A stretch of 63,970 bases of DNA, counting the filler, from Candidatus Woesearchaeota archaeon (GTDB lineage: Archaea > Nanobdellota > Nanobdellia > Woesearchaeales > CG1-02-33-12), in the NCBI GenBank assembly GCA_018399355.1. It is 9 parts of 9 records of this genome, joined end to end, with 100 filler letters (N's around TTAATTAATTAA, not from the genome) between each part and the next. Parts side by side here need not be neighbours in the genome. Positions count along the whole stretch, not along the records: positions 47,007 to 53,031 come from JAGYOA010000047.1; positions 53,132 to 59,008 come from JAGYOA010000048.1; 7 more parts are not named here. One strand, 5' to 3'. Below the pieces are notes generated by a model. That model ran no database searches. It saw nothing but the letters and a program-made list of their open reading frames with translations, and was not told the DNA's origin. Positions 47,845-57,859 of the stretch are shown in pieces. The position numbers and the translations under genes were made by a program. How positions within the stretch are numbered: position 1 is the stretch's first letter; each line of letters opens with the position of its first letter.

Positions 47845-49224
47845 ATGACTAAGATAAAGTGCGGCCTTGAAATACATGGATATATCAATGTAGAGAACAA
47901 AACTAAATTATTCTGTAACTGTTCTATTGATGAAAACGCAAAACCAAATACAAACATATGTCCAATATGCACTGCAATGCCTGGCTCAAAGCCCATGCTT
48001 CCGAACAAGGGAGCAGTAGATAAAATAATTGCAATTGCTCTAATGCTGGATTGTAAAATAAATAAGAGGATGCTCTTTCAGAGAAAGCATTACTCATGGC
48101 CCGACCTTCCCTCTGGCTACCAAAGAACAATATCCGGCTCATACTCTAATCCTGTTGGTATAAATGGAAAATTTCTTGGAATAAGAATAGCAGATATTCA
48201 CTTAGAGGAAGACCCTGCAAGGTGGGATCCTATAACTGGAGAAGTAGATTATAACCGCTCTGGAACACCATTAGTTGAAATAGTTACAGAGCCTGACTTT
48301 AAATCAACAGATGAATTAAGAAATTGGTTAAAGTCATTGTTGACTGCATTAAGCTACATAAAAGCAATAGATAAAAACGCAGGAGTAAAGGCAGACACAA
48401 ATGTTTCTATAGAACCAAATTTCAACAGGGTTGAGGTAAAGAATGTTAATTCTTTCAGCAATATTGTTAAGGCAGCAGAATACGAAATTTTAAGGCAACA
48501 AGAAGAATTAAAAGAAGGCAAGAAAATAGAGCAGCAAACAAGGGCATTTGATGAAAAAAACAATAAGACACTTTTCATGCGCTCGAAAGAACAGGCCGCA
48601 GATTACATGTTTATTCCAGAACCAGACCTGCCGGCAATAAAACTTGATGATGATTACATTGAAAAGATAAGAAAAACCCTTCCTGAGAAACCAGATGAAA
48701 AAATAAAAAGGTTAATTAAAGAATACAAGCTGAAAAAAGATGATGCATTTGTTTTATGCTCAGATATAGCACTTTCAGAATTGTTTGAAAGAGTCACAAA
48801 AAAAGTTAGCCCAGAGATTGCAGTAAGATGGCTTAGGTTTGAGCTTCTAAGGGTTTTAAACTATCATAAGAAAGAGATTGAGGAAGTAAAATTAGACGAA
48901 AAAAATCTTATAGAGCTTCTTCTATTGATTGAAAATAAAAAAATCACAGAGGCTACAGCAAAAAAAATGATTGAAAAATTGGTTGAAAAGCCTTTTGATG
49001 TGAAAAAATATGTAAAAGAAAACAAGCTTGAGTCAATATCAGATAAAGGAGAACTTGAAAAATTATGCAAGGATGTTATAAAGAACAATAAAAACGTTGT
49101 TGATGATTACAAAAGCGGAAAAAAGGAAGCTCTTAATTACTTGGTTGGGCAGGTAATGAGGGCTACTAAAGGAAAGGCATCTCCAAAAGAATTAAATGAA
49201 ATATTTAAAAAATTAATAAGTTAA
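47845..49224 (+). CDS. gatB: Asp/Glu-tRNA amidotransferase subunit B
   Basis: GLEIH, KLFC, RKHYSWPDLP, HLEEDPA, DYNRSGTPLVEIVTEPD, VEVKN, YqeY tail GQVMRATKGKA. Confidence 0.95.
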   Translation: MTKIKCGLEIHGYINVENKTKLFCNCSIDENAKPNTNICPICTAMPGSKPMLPNKGAVDKIIAIALMLDCKINKRMLFQRKHYSWPDLPSGYQRTISGSYSNPVGINGKFLGIRIADIHLEEDPARWDPITGEVDYNRSGTPLVEIVTEPDFKSTDELRNWLKSLLTALSYIKAIDKNAGVKADTNVSIEPNFNRVEVKNVNSFSNIVKAAEYEILRQQEELKEGKKIEQQTRAFDEKNNKTLFMRSKEQAADYMFIPEPDLPAIKLDDDYIEKIRKTLPEKPDEKIKRLIKEYKLKKDDAFVLCSDIALSELFERVTKKVSPEIAVRWLRFELLRVLNYHKKEIEEVKLDEKNLIELLLLIENKKITEATAKKMIEKLVEKPFDVKKYVKENKLESISDKGELEKLCKDVIKNNKNVVDDYKSGKKEALNYLVGQVMRATKGKASPKELNEIFKKLIS

Positions 49225-49225
49225 A

Positions 49226-50410
49226 ATGAAAACATACCAAAATCCTTTCTTGCACAAAAATGAAACAAAGGTAAAAAATATTCAGGAAAAAGATGATTTT
49301 TTACTTGTTGAACTAGAGGACACTATTTTTTATCCTGGAGGTGGCGGACAGCCGCATGACAAAGGAATAATTAAAAATGAAAATTTTGATGGTGAATTAG
49401 TTGAAGTCTCAAAAAAAGATGGAAAAATAATCCATAAAATAAAACAAGTCAAAGGAAAATTAAGCAGTGGAGATTCTGTTATATGCGAACAGGATATTGA
49501 AAGAAGGCTAAGCTTATTGAGAATGCACTCAGGAGAGCATATATTCATGGGGGCAATGTTAAAAATAATAAAAGACATTAAGGTTAATAAAATAAATCTT
49601 AGAGAAGACGAGTCATCGCTTTTTGTTAAATGTGATGATCTCACATGGGATCAAATTTTCAAGGCAGAAAAAATAACAAACCAAATAATAAAAGAAGGAC
49701 GCGATATAATTGTAAAAGATGTTTCAAAAGAGGAAGCTGCAAAAATTCCAGGATTAAGAATAAAACTTGATAGAATAAAAGATGAGAAAATAAGGATTGT
49801 TGAGATTAAAAATCATGATATTTCAGCATGTGCAGGAGTTCACGCACTAAAGACAGACTTTATTGGAAATTTTCTGGTTACAAAGTTTAATCTTGTCCAT
49901 GGATCTTATGAAATAAGATTTAAGACAAATATTTCTGATGAATTTTTTGATTACGCAAGAGTTTTAAGAAAAACAACATCAATAATAAAAAAAGATGTAA
50001 CACAGATTCCCGAATTTGTTGAAAATTTAATTAAAGACAATGAAGAAAAGACAGCAAAGCTCCGCGAGTTAAGTGCAAAGATTGCAGATGATTTTAAACA
50101 GGAAAAAATCAAGGATATTAATTTTATTTACAGCATATTTGAGGATATAGAAAAGAAACAGTTAACAGACAAGGCAAACTCACTGAAAAAAGAAAAAACA
50201 GTTGTTTGCTTCCTAAACAAGCTTAAGGATAATGCACAGGTAATAATAACCTGCTCAGAGGATTCCGGTTTTAAAGCAAATGAACTTCTAAAAACAATAC
50301 TGGAAAAATTTAATGGAAAGGGCGGCGGCCGCGATAACTTTGCAATGGGAGCAATAAAACCAGAGTTCTGTGATAAGGTCATTGAAACCATTAAAGAACT
50401 ATTAAAATAA
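49226..50410 (+). CDS. Alanyl-tRNA editing protein (AlaX) with DHHA1 domain
   Basis: TIFYPGGGGQPHD, HSGEH, CAGVH, GKGGG. Confidence 0.88.
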   Translation: MKTYQNPFLHKNETKVKNIQEKDDFLLVELEDTIFYPGGGGQPHDKGIIKNENFDGELVEVSKKDGKIIHKIKQVKGKLSSGDSVICEQDIERRLSLLRMHSGEHIFMGAMLKIIKDIKVNKINLREDESSLFVKCDDLTWDQIFKAEKITNQIIKEGRDIIVKDVSKEEAAKIPGLRIKLDRIKDEKIRIVEIKNHDISACAGVHALKTDFIGNFLVTKFNLVHGSYEIRFKTNISDEFFDYARVLRKTTSIIKKDVTQIPEFVENLIKDNEEKTAKLRELSAKIADDFKQEKIKDINFIYSIFEDIEKKQLTDKANSLKKEKTVVCFLNKLKDNAQVIITCSEDSGFKANELLKTILEKFNGKGGGRDNFAMGAIKPEFCDKVIETIKELLK

Positions 50411-50460
50411 ATGCTTTTCATCAAAAACTTTATATAATAACTCTGTTGCACATATATAAA

Positions 50461-52890
50461 ATGGAACTACCCAAGCATTACGAACCAAGAGAAGCTGAAA
50501 ATAAATGGCAAGAGTACTGGGAGAAGGAAAAAATATACAAGTTTGACCCTGACTCAGATAAAGAGATTTATTCATGCGACACTCCTCCTCCAACAGTTTC
50601 AGGAAAGATGCACATAGGCCATGCTTTAGCTTATTCGCAGGCAGACTATGTCATGCGCTTCCAGAGAATGCTTGGAAAAAATATTTTTTATCCATTTGGC
50701 TTTGATGATAATGGTTTAGCGACAGAGCGTTTTGTAGAGAGAAAATGTAATATAAGGGCAAGAGACCTTCCAAGACCGGAATTCATAAAACTCTGCTTAA
50801 ATGAAACAAAAGAAGCAGAAAAAGAGCTTAAAAAAGACTGGTCATCATTGGGAATTTCTCCTGACTGGTCTATAAATTATAGAACAATTGATGAATGGTG
50901 CAGAAAGACATCGCAGAGGTCATTTATTGAATTATACAAAAAAGGCCGCGAATACAGGAAAGAAGCTCCAACTATATGGTGCCCTAAGTGCCAGACAGCA
51001 ATTGCCCAGGTTGAATTAGAAGACAAGGAACAGGCGAGCACATTTAATCATATCTTTTTTGGCCTTGAAAATTCTGATAAAAAATTAGAAATAGCAACAA
51101 CAAGGCCAGAGCTATTGCCATCATGCGTTGGCGTTTTTGTAAATCCAGACGATGAAAGATACAAGGATTTAATTGGAAAAAATGCAGTTGTTCCCCTATT
51201 TGATTATAAGGTTCCTATAATGAGCGATAAAAGGGCCAACCCTGAAAAAGGGACTGGAATAGTAATGTGCTGTACTTTTGGCGATTTAGCTGATATTGAA
51301 TGGTGGAGCGCTTATAATCTTCCATTGAAAATAAGCATAACAACGGATGGAATAATGAATGAGGTTGCTGGAAAATACAAAGGGTTTAAAATTAATGATG
51401 CAAGAAAACAGATAATTGAGGATTTAGAATCAAATAAATTATTGATAAAGCAAGAGAAGATAAACCATACTTTAAATGTTCATGAGCGCTGCGGAACAGA
51501 AGTTGAATTCTTGGTTACAAAACAATGGTTTTTGAAATACCTTGATATTAAAGACAAGCTTTTGGAGTTTGGAAACAAACTTAACTGGTATCCAAAGCAT
51601 ATGAAAGTAAGGTATGATAACTGGATTAATGGATTGCAGTGGGACTGGTGTTTATCAAGACAGCGCTTTTACGGAGTACAGATTCCTGTATGGTATTGCG
51701 AAAAATGTGAGGAAGTTATTCTTGCAAAAGAAGAGGATTTGCCAATTGATCCTACTGTGGATAAGCCGCCAGTAAGCAAGTGCCCTAAATGCGGACATGA
51801 AAAATTAATCCCTGAAAAAGATGTTTTTGATACATGGGCTACATCAAGCTTAACACCCATGATTGCAACCAAATGGAGAGAGGATGATAAATTTTTTAAT
51901 AAGATGACTCCTATGTGCTTGAGAAGCAACGGACATGATATAATAACATTCTGGCTCTTTAACACAGTTGTTAAGATGCTCTTGCACGAGGATAAGCTGC
52001 CATGGAAAGATGTTATGGTGAATGGGCATGCTCTTGACCCAAAAGGAAAGAAGATGAGCAAGAGCAAGGGCAATATAGTTGAGCCAAAGGTTGTTCTTGA
52101 AAAGCATGGAACAGATGCAATGCGGTTTTGGGCAGCATCAGCAAAGCTTGGCTCAGACATTCCGTATCAGGAAAAAGAACTTATGTCTGGAAAGAAGATG
52201 ATAACCAAGATGTGGAACGCATCAAAATTTGTTATTATGAATCTTGAAGATTATAAACCAAAAGAAGTTGAGCTTGAAAATATTGATAAATGGATACTTT
52301 CAAAACTTAACAAGCTGGTTAAAGGGTGTACTGACTCATTTTTAGAATATGATTTCTCAAGAACAAAAGCAGAGACAGAAAAGTTCTTCTGGAGAGAATT
52401 TTGTGATAATTATCTTGAGATGGTCAAGGACAGGCTTTACAATTCTGAAAGCTATGAAAATAAAGCAGTCGAGTCTGCAAAATATACTTTATATAAAGTT
52501 AATCTTGCAATATTAAAGTTAATGGCTCCTATAATGCCTCACATTACAGAAGAGATATATCATCTTTACTTTGCAGATATTGAAGGATTGAAGAGCATAC
52601 ATATTTCTGAGTGGCCAAAATACGATGAAAAATTTGTTTATGAAGATATTGAAAAAGCAGGAGATGATGCAGTAAGTGTTATAGCTGCTGTAAGAAAATA
52701 TAAGTCTGAAAATAATTTATCATTAAACAAGCCAATCAAGAAGCTTTCAATAAGCTGTGATAATAAAGAAAGTATTGAGAAAGTTCTTGAGGCTGTTAAG
52801 GCCACAACAAAGGCCGAGGAAATTGATTTTGTTGATAATGCAGAAATAGAAACAACAAATCCAAAAATAAAAATTTCTATTGATTCCTAG
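50461..52890 (+). CDS. valS: Valine--tRNA ligase
   Basis: DTPPPTVSGKMHIGH, DWCLSRQR, KMSKSKGN. Confidence 0.96.
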   Translation: MELPKHYEPREAENKWQEYWEKEKIYKFDPDSDKEIYSCDTPPPTVSGKMHIGHALAYSQADYVMRFQRMLGKNIFYPFGFDDNGLATERFVERKCNIRARDLPRPEFIKLCLNETKEAEKELKKDWSSLGISPDWSINYRTIDEWCRKTSQRSFIELYKKGREYRKEAPTIWCPKCQTAIAQVELEDKEQASTFNHIFFGLENSDKKLEIATTRPELLPSCVGVFVNPDDERYKDLIGKNAVVPLFDYKVPIMSDKRANPEKGTGIVMCCTFGDLADIEWWSAYNLPLKISITTDGIMNEVAGKYKGFKINDARKQIIEDLESNKLLIKQEKINHTLNVHERCGTEVEFLVTKQWFLKYLDIKDKLLEFGNKLNWYPKHMKVRYDNWINGLQWDWCLSRQRFYGVQIPVWYCEKCEEVILAKEEDLPIDPTVDKPPVSKCPKCGHEKLIPEKDVFDTWATSSLTPMIATKWREDDKFFNKMTPMCLRSNGHDIITFWLFNTVVKMLLHEDKLPWKDVMVNGHALDPKGKKMSKSKGNIVEPKVVLEKHGTDAMRFWAASAKLGSDIPYQEKELMSGKKMITKMWNASKFVIMNLEDYKPKEVELENIDKWILSKLNKLVKGCTDSFLEYDFSRTKAETEKFFWREFCDNYLEMVKDRLYNSESYENKAVESAKYTLYKVNLAILKLMAPIMPHITEEIYHLYFADIEGLKSIHISEWPKYDEKFVYEDIEKAGDDAVSVIAAVRKYKSENNLSLNKPIKKLSISCDNKESIEKVLEAVKATTKAEEIDFVDNAEIETTNPKIKISIDS

Positions 52891-53031
52891 TTATATGCAA
52901 TTAGGTTTTCACTAGTCTAAATCTCATTCTTCTTTTAGAAAAAGAAGCAAAAGAGGGAGTCTAGGTGCTACGCACATATTGCCTTTTACTTCGTAAAAGA
53001 AATTTATTAAGAGGGAGCTTTTAAAAAAGTC

Positions 53032-53131
53032 NNNNNNNNNNNNNNNNNNNNNNNNNNNNNNNNNNNNNNNNNNNNTTAATTAATTAANNNNNNNNNNNNN
53101 NNNNNNNNNNNNNNNNNNNNNNNNNNNNNNN
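53032..53131. other. Artificial contig linker
   Basis: N44-TTAATTAATTAA-N44. Confidence 0.98.
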
Positions 53132-53146
53132 TTAGACCACCGGCGC
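53132..53146 (-). tRNA. Possible 5' end of a tRNA gene cut by the contig end
   Basis: GCGCCGG-TG-GTCTAA fits acceptor strand, U8 and D-stem start; TTTAAA about 30 nt upstream; only 15 nt visible. Confidence 0.4.
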
Positions 53147-53235
53147 GGATCGAATTAAGATAAGGTGGTTATACTCCATTTAAAAAGTTTACTGATAAAA
53201 ACAGAAAAATTATTCTATTCTAAAATAAAGAGAAA

Positions 53236-54453
53236 TTAAATATTTGAGGGTGGATACATCTTGTTTAAAAGATTTATATAATCTTGGAGATGTCTTGTGA
53301 TAAGGAAATTTTTCTTTATATGCTCATGCCCTGCTTTTCCCATCTTTTCCCTTAACTTCTTATCCTCAATCAGATTAACTGCCTTTTTTACACCTTCTTT
53401 GCAGTCTTTGATTATATACCCTGTTTTTCCGTTTATTATCTGCAATGGGATTCCTCCTGCAGGGGTTCCTATAACCGGGGTTTTTTTCCAGAGAGCCTCT
53501 GCCACTGTAAGACCAAAACCCTCTCTTATTGAATTCTGGAATACAAAAGCAGACTCTTTCTGAAGAACATTAACAAGCAGGTCATTATTTTGTGTTATAG
53601 TGACTATATCTCCATCTTTTTCTGCAATCTGCCTTATCTTGTGATAAAGTATCGGGCCCTCAGGGTCATCCCCTGCCATATCACCCATGAATATAAGTTG
53701 GCAGTCCATCTTTTCCTTAATTTTCTTAAACATTTTTATAATTCCTATATGGCCTTTCCATGGGTCAAATCTTCCTATTTGTGTTATGATTGGCTTGTCT
53801 GTATCAATTCCCATGTTTGAAAGAATTCTTTTTGATTTCATGTTGTTTATTTCCTTGTTTTTAGCAGAAATAGGGTCTATGCTTGGATGAATAATAATCT
53901 GCGGCTTTTTAATGGATTTAATCTTGAACTTTTTTGATGATACTATAACTCCATCATACATTTTTATGTAAGGCAATAAAAAATTCAAGGCATCATCATT
54001 CGGGTTTGAGAGGTCAATGTGGCATCTCCATATCCAGTTGTTTTTCTTTTCATAGTTTGCAATCATTCCTAATGGCTGAGGGTCATGAACAATAACAGCA
54101 TCGTGGGATTTTATGTGGTTTATCAATGCATTTCTTTTGCAGTATTCAAGGTATATGTTTTTTCTGTTTGCAGTTACCTTTCCCTTTTTTCCCTGAAGAA
54201 AGTTATGGAATTTTTTGGTAACATTAAAAAAAGAGTGGCTTCCAAGAATAACCCTCCATCCAGTGTCTATCCCAATATCATTCATAAGAAAAACCAGTGA
54301 GTTAAGAATCTCAGCAACTCCTCCCCCCATAGATGTTGCATTAATATGAACAACATGCTTGTCCTGGAGATTTTCTGCGCTTTGCCTTATTGCTTTTATT
54401 TTTTCACTTCCGATAATCTTTTTGTAGCTGTTTAAATTAGGAATCATTGTCAA
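53236..54453 (-). CDS. treT: Trehalose synthase TreT-like GT4 glycosyltransferase
   Basis: HINATSMGGGVAEIL, HDPQP, WRCHID, RFDPWKG, DDPEG, EGFGLTVAEALWK. Confidence 0.85.
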   Translation of the reverse strand: MTMIPNLNSYKKIIGSEKIKAIRQSAENLQDKHVVHINATSMGGGVAEILNSLVFLMNDIGIDTGWRVILGSHSFFNVTKKFHNFLQGKKGKVTANRKNIYLEYCKRNALINHIKSHDAVIVHDPQPLGMIANYEKKNNWIWRCHIDLSNPNDDALNFLLPYIKMYDGVIVSSKKFKIKSIKKPQIIIHPSIDPISAKNKEINNMKSKRILSNMGIDTDKPIITQIGRFDPWKGHIGIIKMFKKIKEKMDCQLIFMGDMAGDDPEGPILYHKIRQIAEKDGDIVTITQNNDLLVNVLQKESAFVFQNSIREGFGLTVAEALWKKTPVIGTPAGGIPLQIINGKTGYIIKDCKEGVKKAVNLIEDKKLREKMGKAGHEHIKKNFLITRHLQDYINLLNKMYPPSNI

Positions 54454-54549
54454 TGCCTCTTTTTTAGTTGTTTTATGCCCTGCTATTTATAATTTTTGAT
54501 TAGAAAAAAAATGAAAATAAATTTAGTGTTAACCTAAACAGTTAATTGA

Positions 54550-54879
54550 TTATAAATTTTTTTCAGCTTCTGAATCATCATTTCCAAAATCTGAAGTATC
54601 AACATCATCTTCTGGGCTTTGTTCAGGCTCCTTGTCTTCATAATCTTTTTCCTGTACAGGCTCTTTCTTGCTCTTTTCGCCTGACTGTCCTTTTAACACA
54701 ACATTTCTTGCCTGCCTTCCCTTGTCTGTTTCAGCAGCCTCAAATTCAACTTCTGTGTTTTCGTTAAGGCGAGCTCCCTGCTCAATGCCTGTATGATGAA
54801 CAAAGTAATCCTGTCCATCTTCTCCTTGTATAAACCCATATCCTTTTTTTATGTTGTACCACTTAACTTTTCCTTCCAT
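54550..54879 (-). CDS. Cold-shock domain protein with acidic tail
   Basis: GKVKWYN..KGYGFI...DYFVH (RNP1/RNP2). Confidence 0.92.
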   Translation of the reverse strand: MEGKVKWYNIKKGYGFIQGEDGQDYFVHHTGIEQGARLNENTEVEFEAAETDKGRQARNVVLKGQSGEKSKKEPVQEKDYEDKEPEQSPEDDVDTSDFGNDDSEAEKNL

Positions 54880-55004
54880 TTTTTTATTCCTCTACTTGTT
54901 TTTTAGCCAAAAAATGGCATATTCCCTTATGTTATACTCTTTCTTTTTAAACTTTTTGGTAAAAAACAAAATATATTTTTAAAGAAAAAAGCAAAAATTT
55001 AAAT

Positions 55005-55059
55005 ATAAGTATAAATATAAGTAATATAATATAGTCATAAATAAGTAAATAAATAAGTA
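55005..55059 (+). repeat. 12-bp-period AT-rich tandem repeat (core ATAAGTA) upstream of AbrB-like gene
   Basis: ATAAGTA at 55005, 55017, 55041 and 55053; degenerate unit near 55029. Confidence 0.55.
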
Positions 55060-55063
55060 TAAA

Positions 55064-55243
55064 ATGCATGAAATAAGAAGAAAGCTGTACAAAAGAGGGT
55101 CAAGCTATGAAACAACTATTCCTATGCCTATGCTTTTTAGTTTTGATTTAAGCAAGAAACATGATGTTGTTTTTTGTTTTGACCCTAAAAAGAATATCTG
55201 GCTTGTAAGAGTTGAAGAATCCAAAAAAACAAAAAAGAGGTAA
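55064..55243 (+). CDS. 59-aa AbrB/SpoVT-like small DNA-binding protein (not in ORF track)
   Basis: MHEIRRKLYKRGSSYETTIPMPMLFSFDLSKKHDVVF... matches the RKL.K.G.S...TIP swapped-hairpin pattern. Confidence 0.65.
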   Translation: MHEIRRKLYKRGSSYETTIPMPMLFSFDLSKKHDVVFCFDPKKNIWLVRVEESKKTKKR

Positions 55244-55247
55244 GAAT

Positions 55248-55553
55248 ATGGAAAAATTAAAAGAGATGATGAACAGCCTTGGACATGAGGATTTGATTAA
55301 CTTAAAAAAAGATTTAGAAAACAATCAAGGCAATTTAATAAAGGATATAATAAAACAGAAGATAGATGATATAGAAAGCAACAATAACTCAATATGCGTT
55401 GTCTGCGGAAGGGCATTAAACCCCCATATAACTGGCCATTATACATTGATTTTTGGGCCCCGAGATTTAAGAAAAAAGGCAAATTTCTGCGCTCTTGACT
55501 GTCTGCAGTATTTTTTAAGCAAGATTAAGCAGACTAAAATCATAAGAGAATGA
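55248..55553 (+). CDS. Small zinc-finger (TRASH/MYM-like) protein
   Basis: CVVCG...FCALDC; GAGGT RBS before ATG 55248. Confidence 0.7.
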   Translation: MEKLKEMMNSLGHEDLINLKKDLENNQGNLIKDIIKQKIDDIESNNNSICVVCGRALNPHITGHYTLIFGPRDLRKKANFCALDCLQYFLSKIKQTKIIRE

Positions 55554-55602
55554 CTATCATAGTATATAAACATTTAAAAATAAACTGAAATTCGCTTTTA
55601 AC

Positions 55603-56145
55603 ATGGCAGAATACATCTATGAAACAAAAATACCTAAAGAGAGAATAGCAGTTCTTATAGGCAAAGACGGTGAAACAAAAAAACAGATAGAGTCTGAGAC
55701 AAAGGTAAAACTGAGAATAGACTCTAATGAAGGAGACGTCTTCATAGAGGGCAATGATGCAATAGGCCTTTACAACTCAAGAGAGGTTGTCAAGGCAATA
55801 GGCCGAGGATTCAACCCTGATATAGCCCTTCTTTTGCTTAAGCAAGATTATACCCTTGAGATAATAAGTATCAAGGAGTTTATCAATTCAAAAAAACAGG
55901 AGATAAGACTAAAGGGAAGGGTTATAGGGGCAGAAGGGAAAAGCAGGAAAACAGTTGAAATTCTCACTGAAACATACATATGCGTTTATGGAAAAACAAT
56001 AGGAATAATCGGAATTGCTGACAACGTTGCTAATGCAAAAAGGGCAGTTGAATCATTGCTTAACGGAAGCCCTCACTCAAGCGTTTATAAATGGCTTGAA
56101 AAAAGGAGGAGAGAAATTAAAACCCAGGAAATGGATATGAAATAA
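55603..56145 (+). CDS. KH-domain pre-rRNA processing protein (Dim2/Pno1)
   Basis: IAVLIGKDG, KAIGRGF, KGRVIGAEGKSR, GSPHSSVY; precedes top6B. Confidence 0.92.
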   Translation: MAEYIYETKIPKERIAVLIGKDGETKKQIESETKVKLRIDSNEGDVFIEGNDAIGLYNSREVVKAIGRGFNPDIALLLLKQDYTLEIISIKEFINSKKQEIRLKGRVIGAEGKSRKTVEILTETYICVYGKTIGIIGIADNVANAKRAVESLLNGSPHSSVYKWLEKRRREIKTQEMDMK

Positions 56146-56161
56146 AAAAAGAGATGATAGT

Positions 56162-57859
56162 ATGATAAGACAGACAGAGCTTAATGAACTTACAGAAAAA
56201 AATCCGGATTTAGTTGAAGAAAAAACAGCAAAAGCCCATGAGCTTGCAAAAAAGCAGCGTGATATCTCGGTTGCTGAGTTTTTTAGCAGAAACAGACATC
56301 TTCTCGGCTTTGACAATAAAAGAAAGGCATTATTAACTACAATAAAGGAAGCTGTTGACAACTCTCTTGATGCATGCGAGGAAGCAGAAATTCTTCCTGA
56401 GATAAACATTCAGGCAATTGACATGGAAAATGACCGCTTTAGGGTTGTTGTCGAAGATAACGGGCCTGGCATAGTAAAAAAACAAATCCCTAAAATATTT
56501 GCAAAACTTCTTTACGGAAGCAAGTTCTTTAAGCTCAGCCAGAGCAGAGGACAGCAGGGAATAGGAATCTCAGCTTCTGTTATGTATGGGCAGCTTACAA
56601 CAGGAAGACCTGCAAAGATAATATCCAAGATATCAAAAGATGACCCTGCGCATTACTATGAGCTTCATATAGACACACAGAAAAACAAGCCAGAAATTGT
56701 CAAAGAGCAGGTTGTTGAATGGGAAAAAGACCATGGCACAAAAATTGAGATTGATATTGAGGCTTCTTATCTTAAGGGAGGTCAAAGCATTGATGAATAT
56801 ATAAAACAGACAGCAATTGTAAATCCTCATGCAACTATAATATACACAAATCCCAAGGCAGAGCAGAAGATTTTTGCAAGGGTTTCAGAAAAGCTTCCAA
56901 AACAGCCAAAAGAAATAAAGCCTCATCCTTATGGAGTTGAGCTGGGAAGGATGATGAAGATGCTAAAGCTCACTGATGCAAAAACACTTCAAAGCTTTCT
57001 CACTAATGAATTTTCAAGAGTTGGAGCGGGAACTGCAAAACAGATATGCGAAAATGCATTTCTTCTTCCAAAAACAAAACCAGGAAGCCTTTCCATGGAA
57101 ATGGCTGAAAAGCTTCTCAAAGGAATAAAGCAGACAAAGATAATATCTCCTCCAACTGACTGCATTTCTCCAATAGGCCAGGAGCTTGTTGAGAAAGGAT
57201 TGAGAAAAGAGATAAATGCAGAATTTTACTGCTCTGTGACAAGGCCGCCAAGCGTTTACAGCGGAAACCCTTTTGTTATTGAGGTTGGCTTGGCTTACGG
57301 AGGAGAGCAGCCAGGAGATAAGACAGCAAATTTACTGAGGTTTGCAAACAGGGTTCCTTTGTTGTATCAGCAAAGCGCATGCGCAATGTTCAAGTCAGTT
57401 GTTTCAACAGCATGGAGAAACTATGGATTACAGCAAAGCAACGGCTCTCTTCCAATGGCTCCATTAACAATTCTTGTCCATATATCTTCTGTATGGGTTC
57501 CTTTTACCTCAGAAAGTAAGGAGGCAATAGCGCATTATCCTGAAATTATAAAGGAAATAAAATTAGCTTTGCAGGAAGCTGGAAGAAAACTTGGCTCTTA
57601 TGTGAAAAAGAAAAAGCGCGTTGGCTTTGAAATGAAGAAAAGAGGTTACATAGAAAAATATATCTCTCATGTTGGAGAAACATTAAAGGAATTAATTGGC
57701 TTTGATGAAATAGAGGAAAAAAAGGTTGAAGAGATTTTAAAAGAAATCCTCGAGAAAAAAAGAGGAAAGCTTGATGATATTGGATTTGACAAAACAAAAA
57801 ATGAGGATTTTGATGAAGAGTTTGCTTTGAAAAAAGATGAGGGTGATTATGATGAGTAA
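56162..57859 (+). CDS. top6B: DNA topoisomerase VI subunit B
   Basis: EAVDNSLDA, EDNGPG, SRGQQGIGIS, RFANRVPL, VPFTSESKEA. Confidence 0.96.
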   Translation: MIRQTELNELTEKNPDLVEEKTAKAHELAKKQRDISVAEFFSRNRHLLGFDNKRKALLTTIKEAVDNSLDACEEAEILPEINIQAIDMENDRFRVVVEDNGPGIVKKQIPKIFAKLLYGSKFFKLSQSRGQQGIGISASVMYGQLTTGRPAKIISKISKDDPAHYYELHIDTQKNKPEIVKEQVVEWEKDHGTKIEIDIEASYLKGGQSIDEYIKQTAIVNPHATIIYTNPKAEQKIFARVSEKLPKQPKEIKPHPYGVELGRMMKMLKLTDAKTLQSFLTNEFSRVGAGTAKQICENAFLLPKTKPGSLSMEMAEKLLKGIKQTKIISPPTDCISPIGQELVEKGLRKEINAEFYCSVTRPPSVYSGNPFVIEVGLAYGGEQPGDKTANLLRFANRVPLLYQQSACAMFKSVVSTAWRNYGLQQSNGSLPMAPLTILVHISSVWVPFTSESKEAIAHYPEIIKEIKLALQEAGRKLGSYVKKKKRVGFEMKKRGYIEKYISHVGETLKELIGFDEIEEKKVEEILKEILEKKRGKLDDIGFDKTKNEDFDEEFALKKDEGDYDE

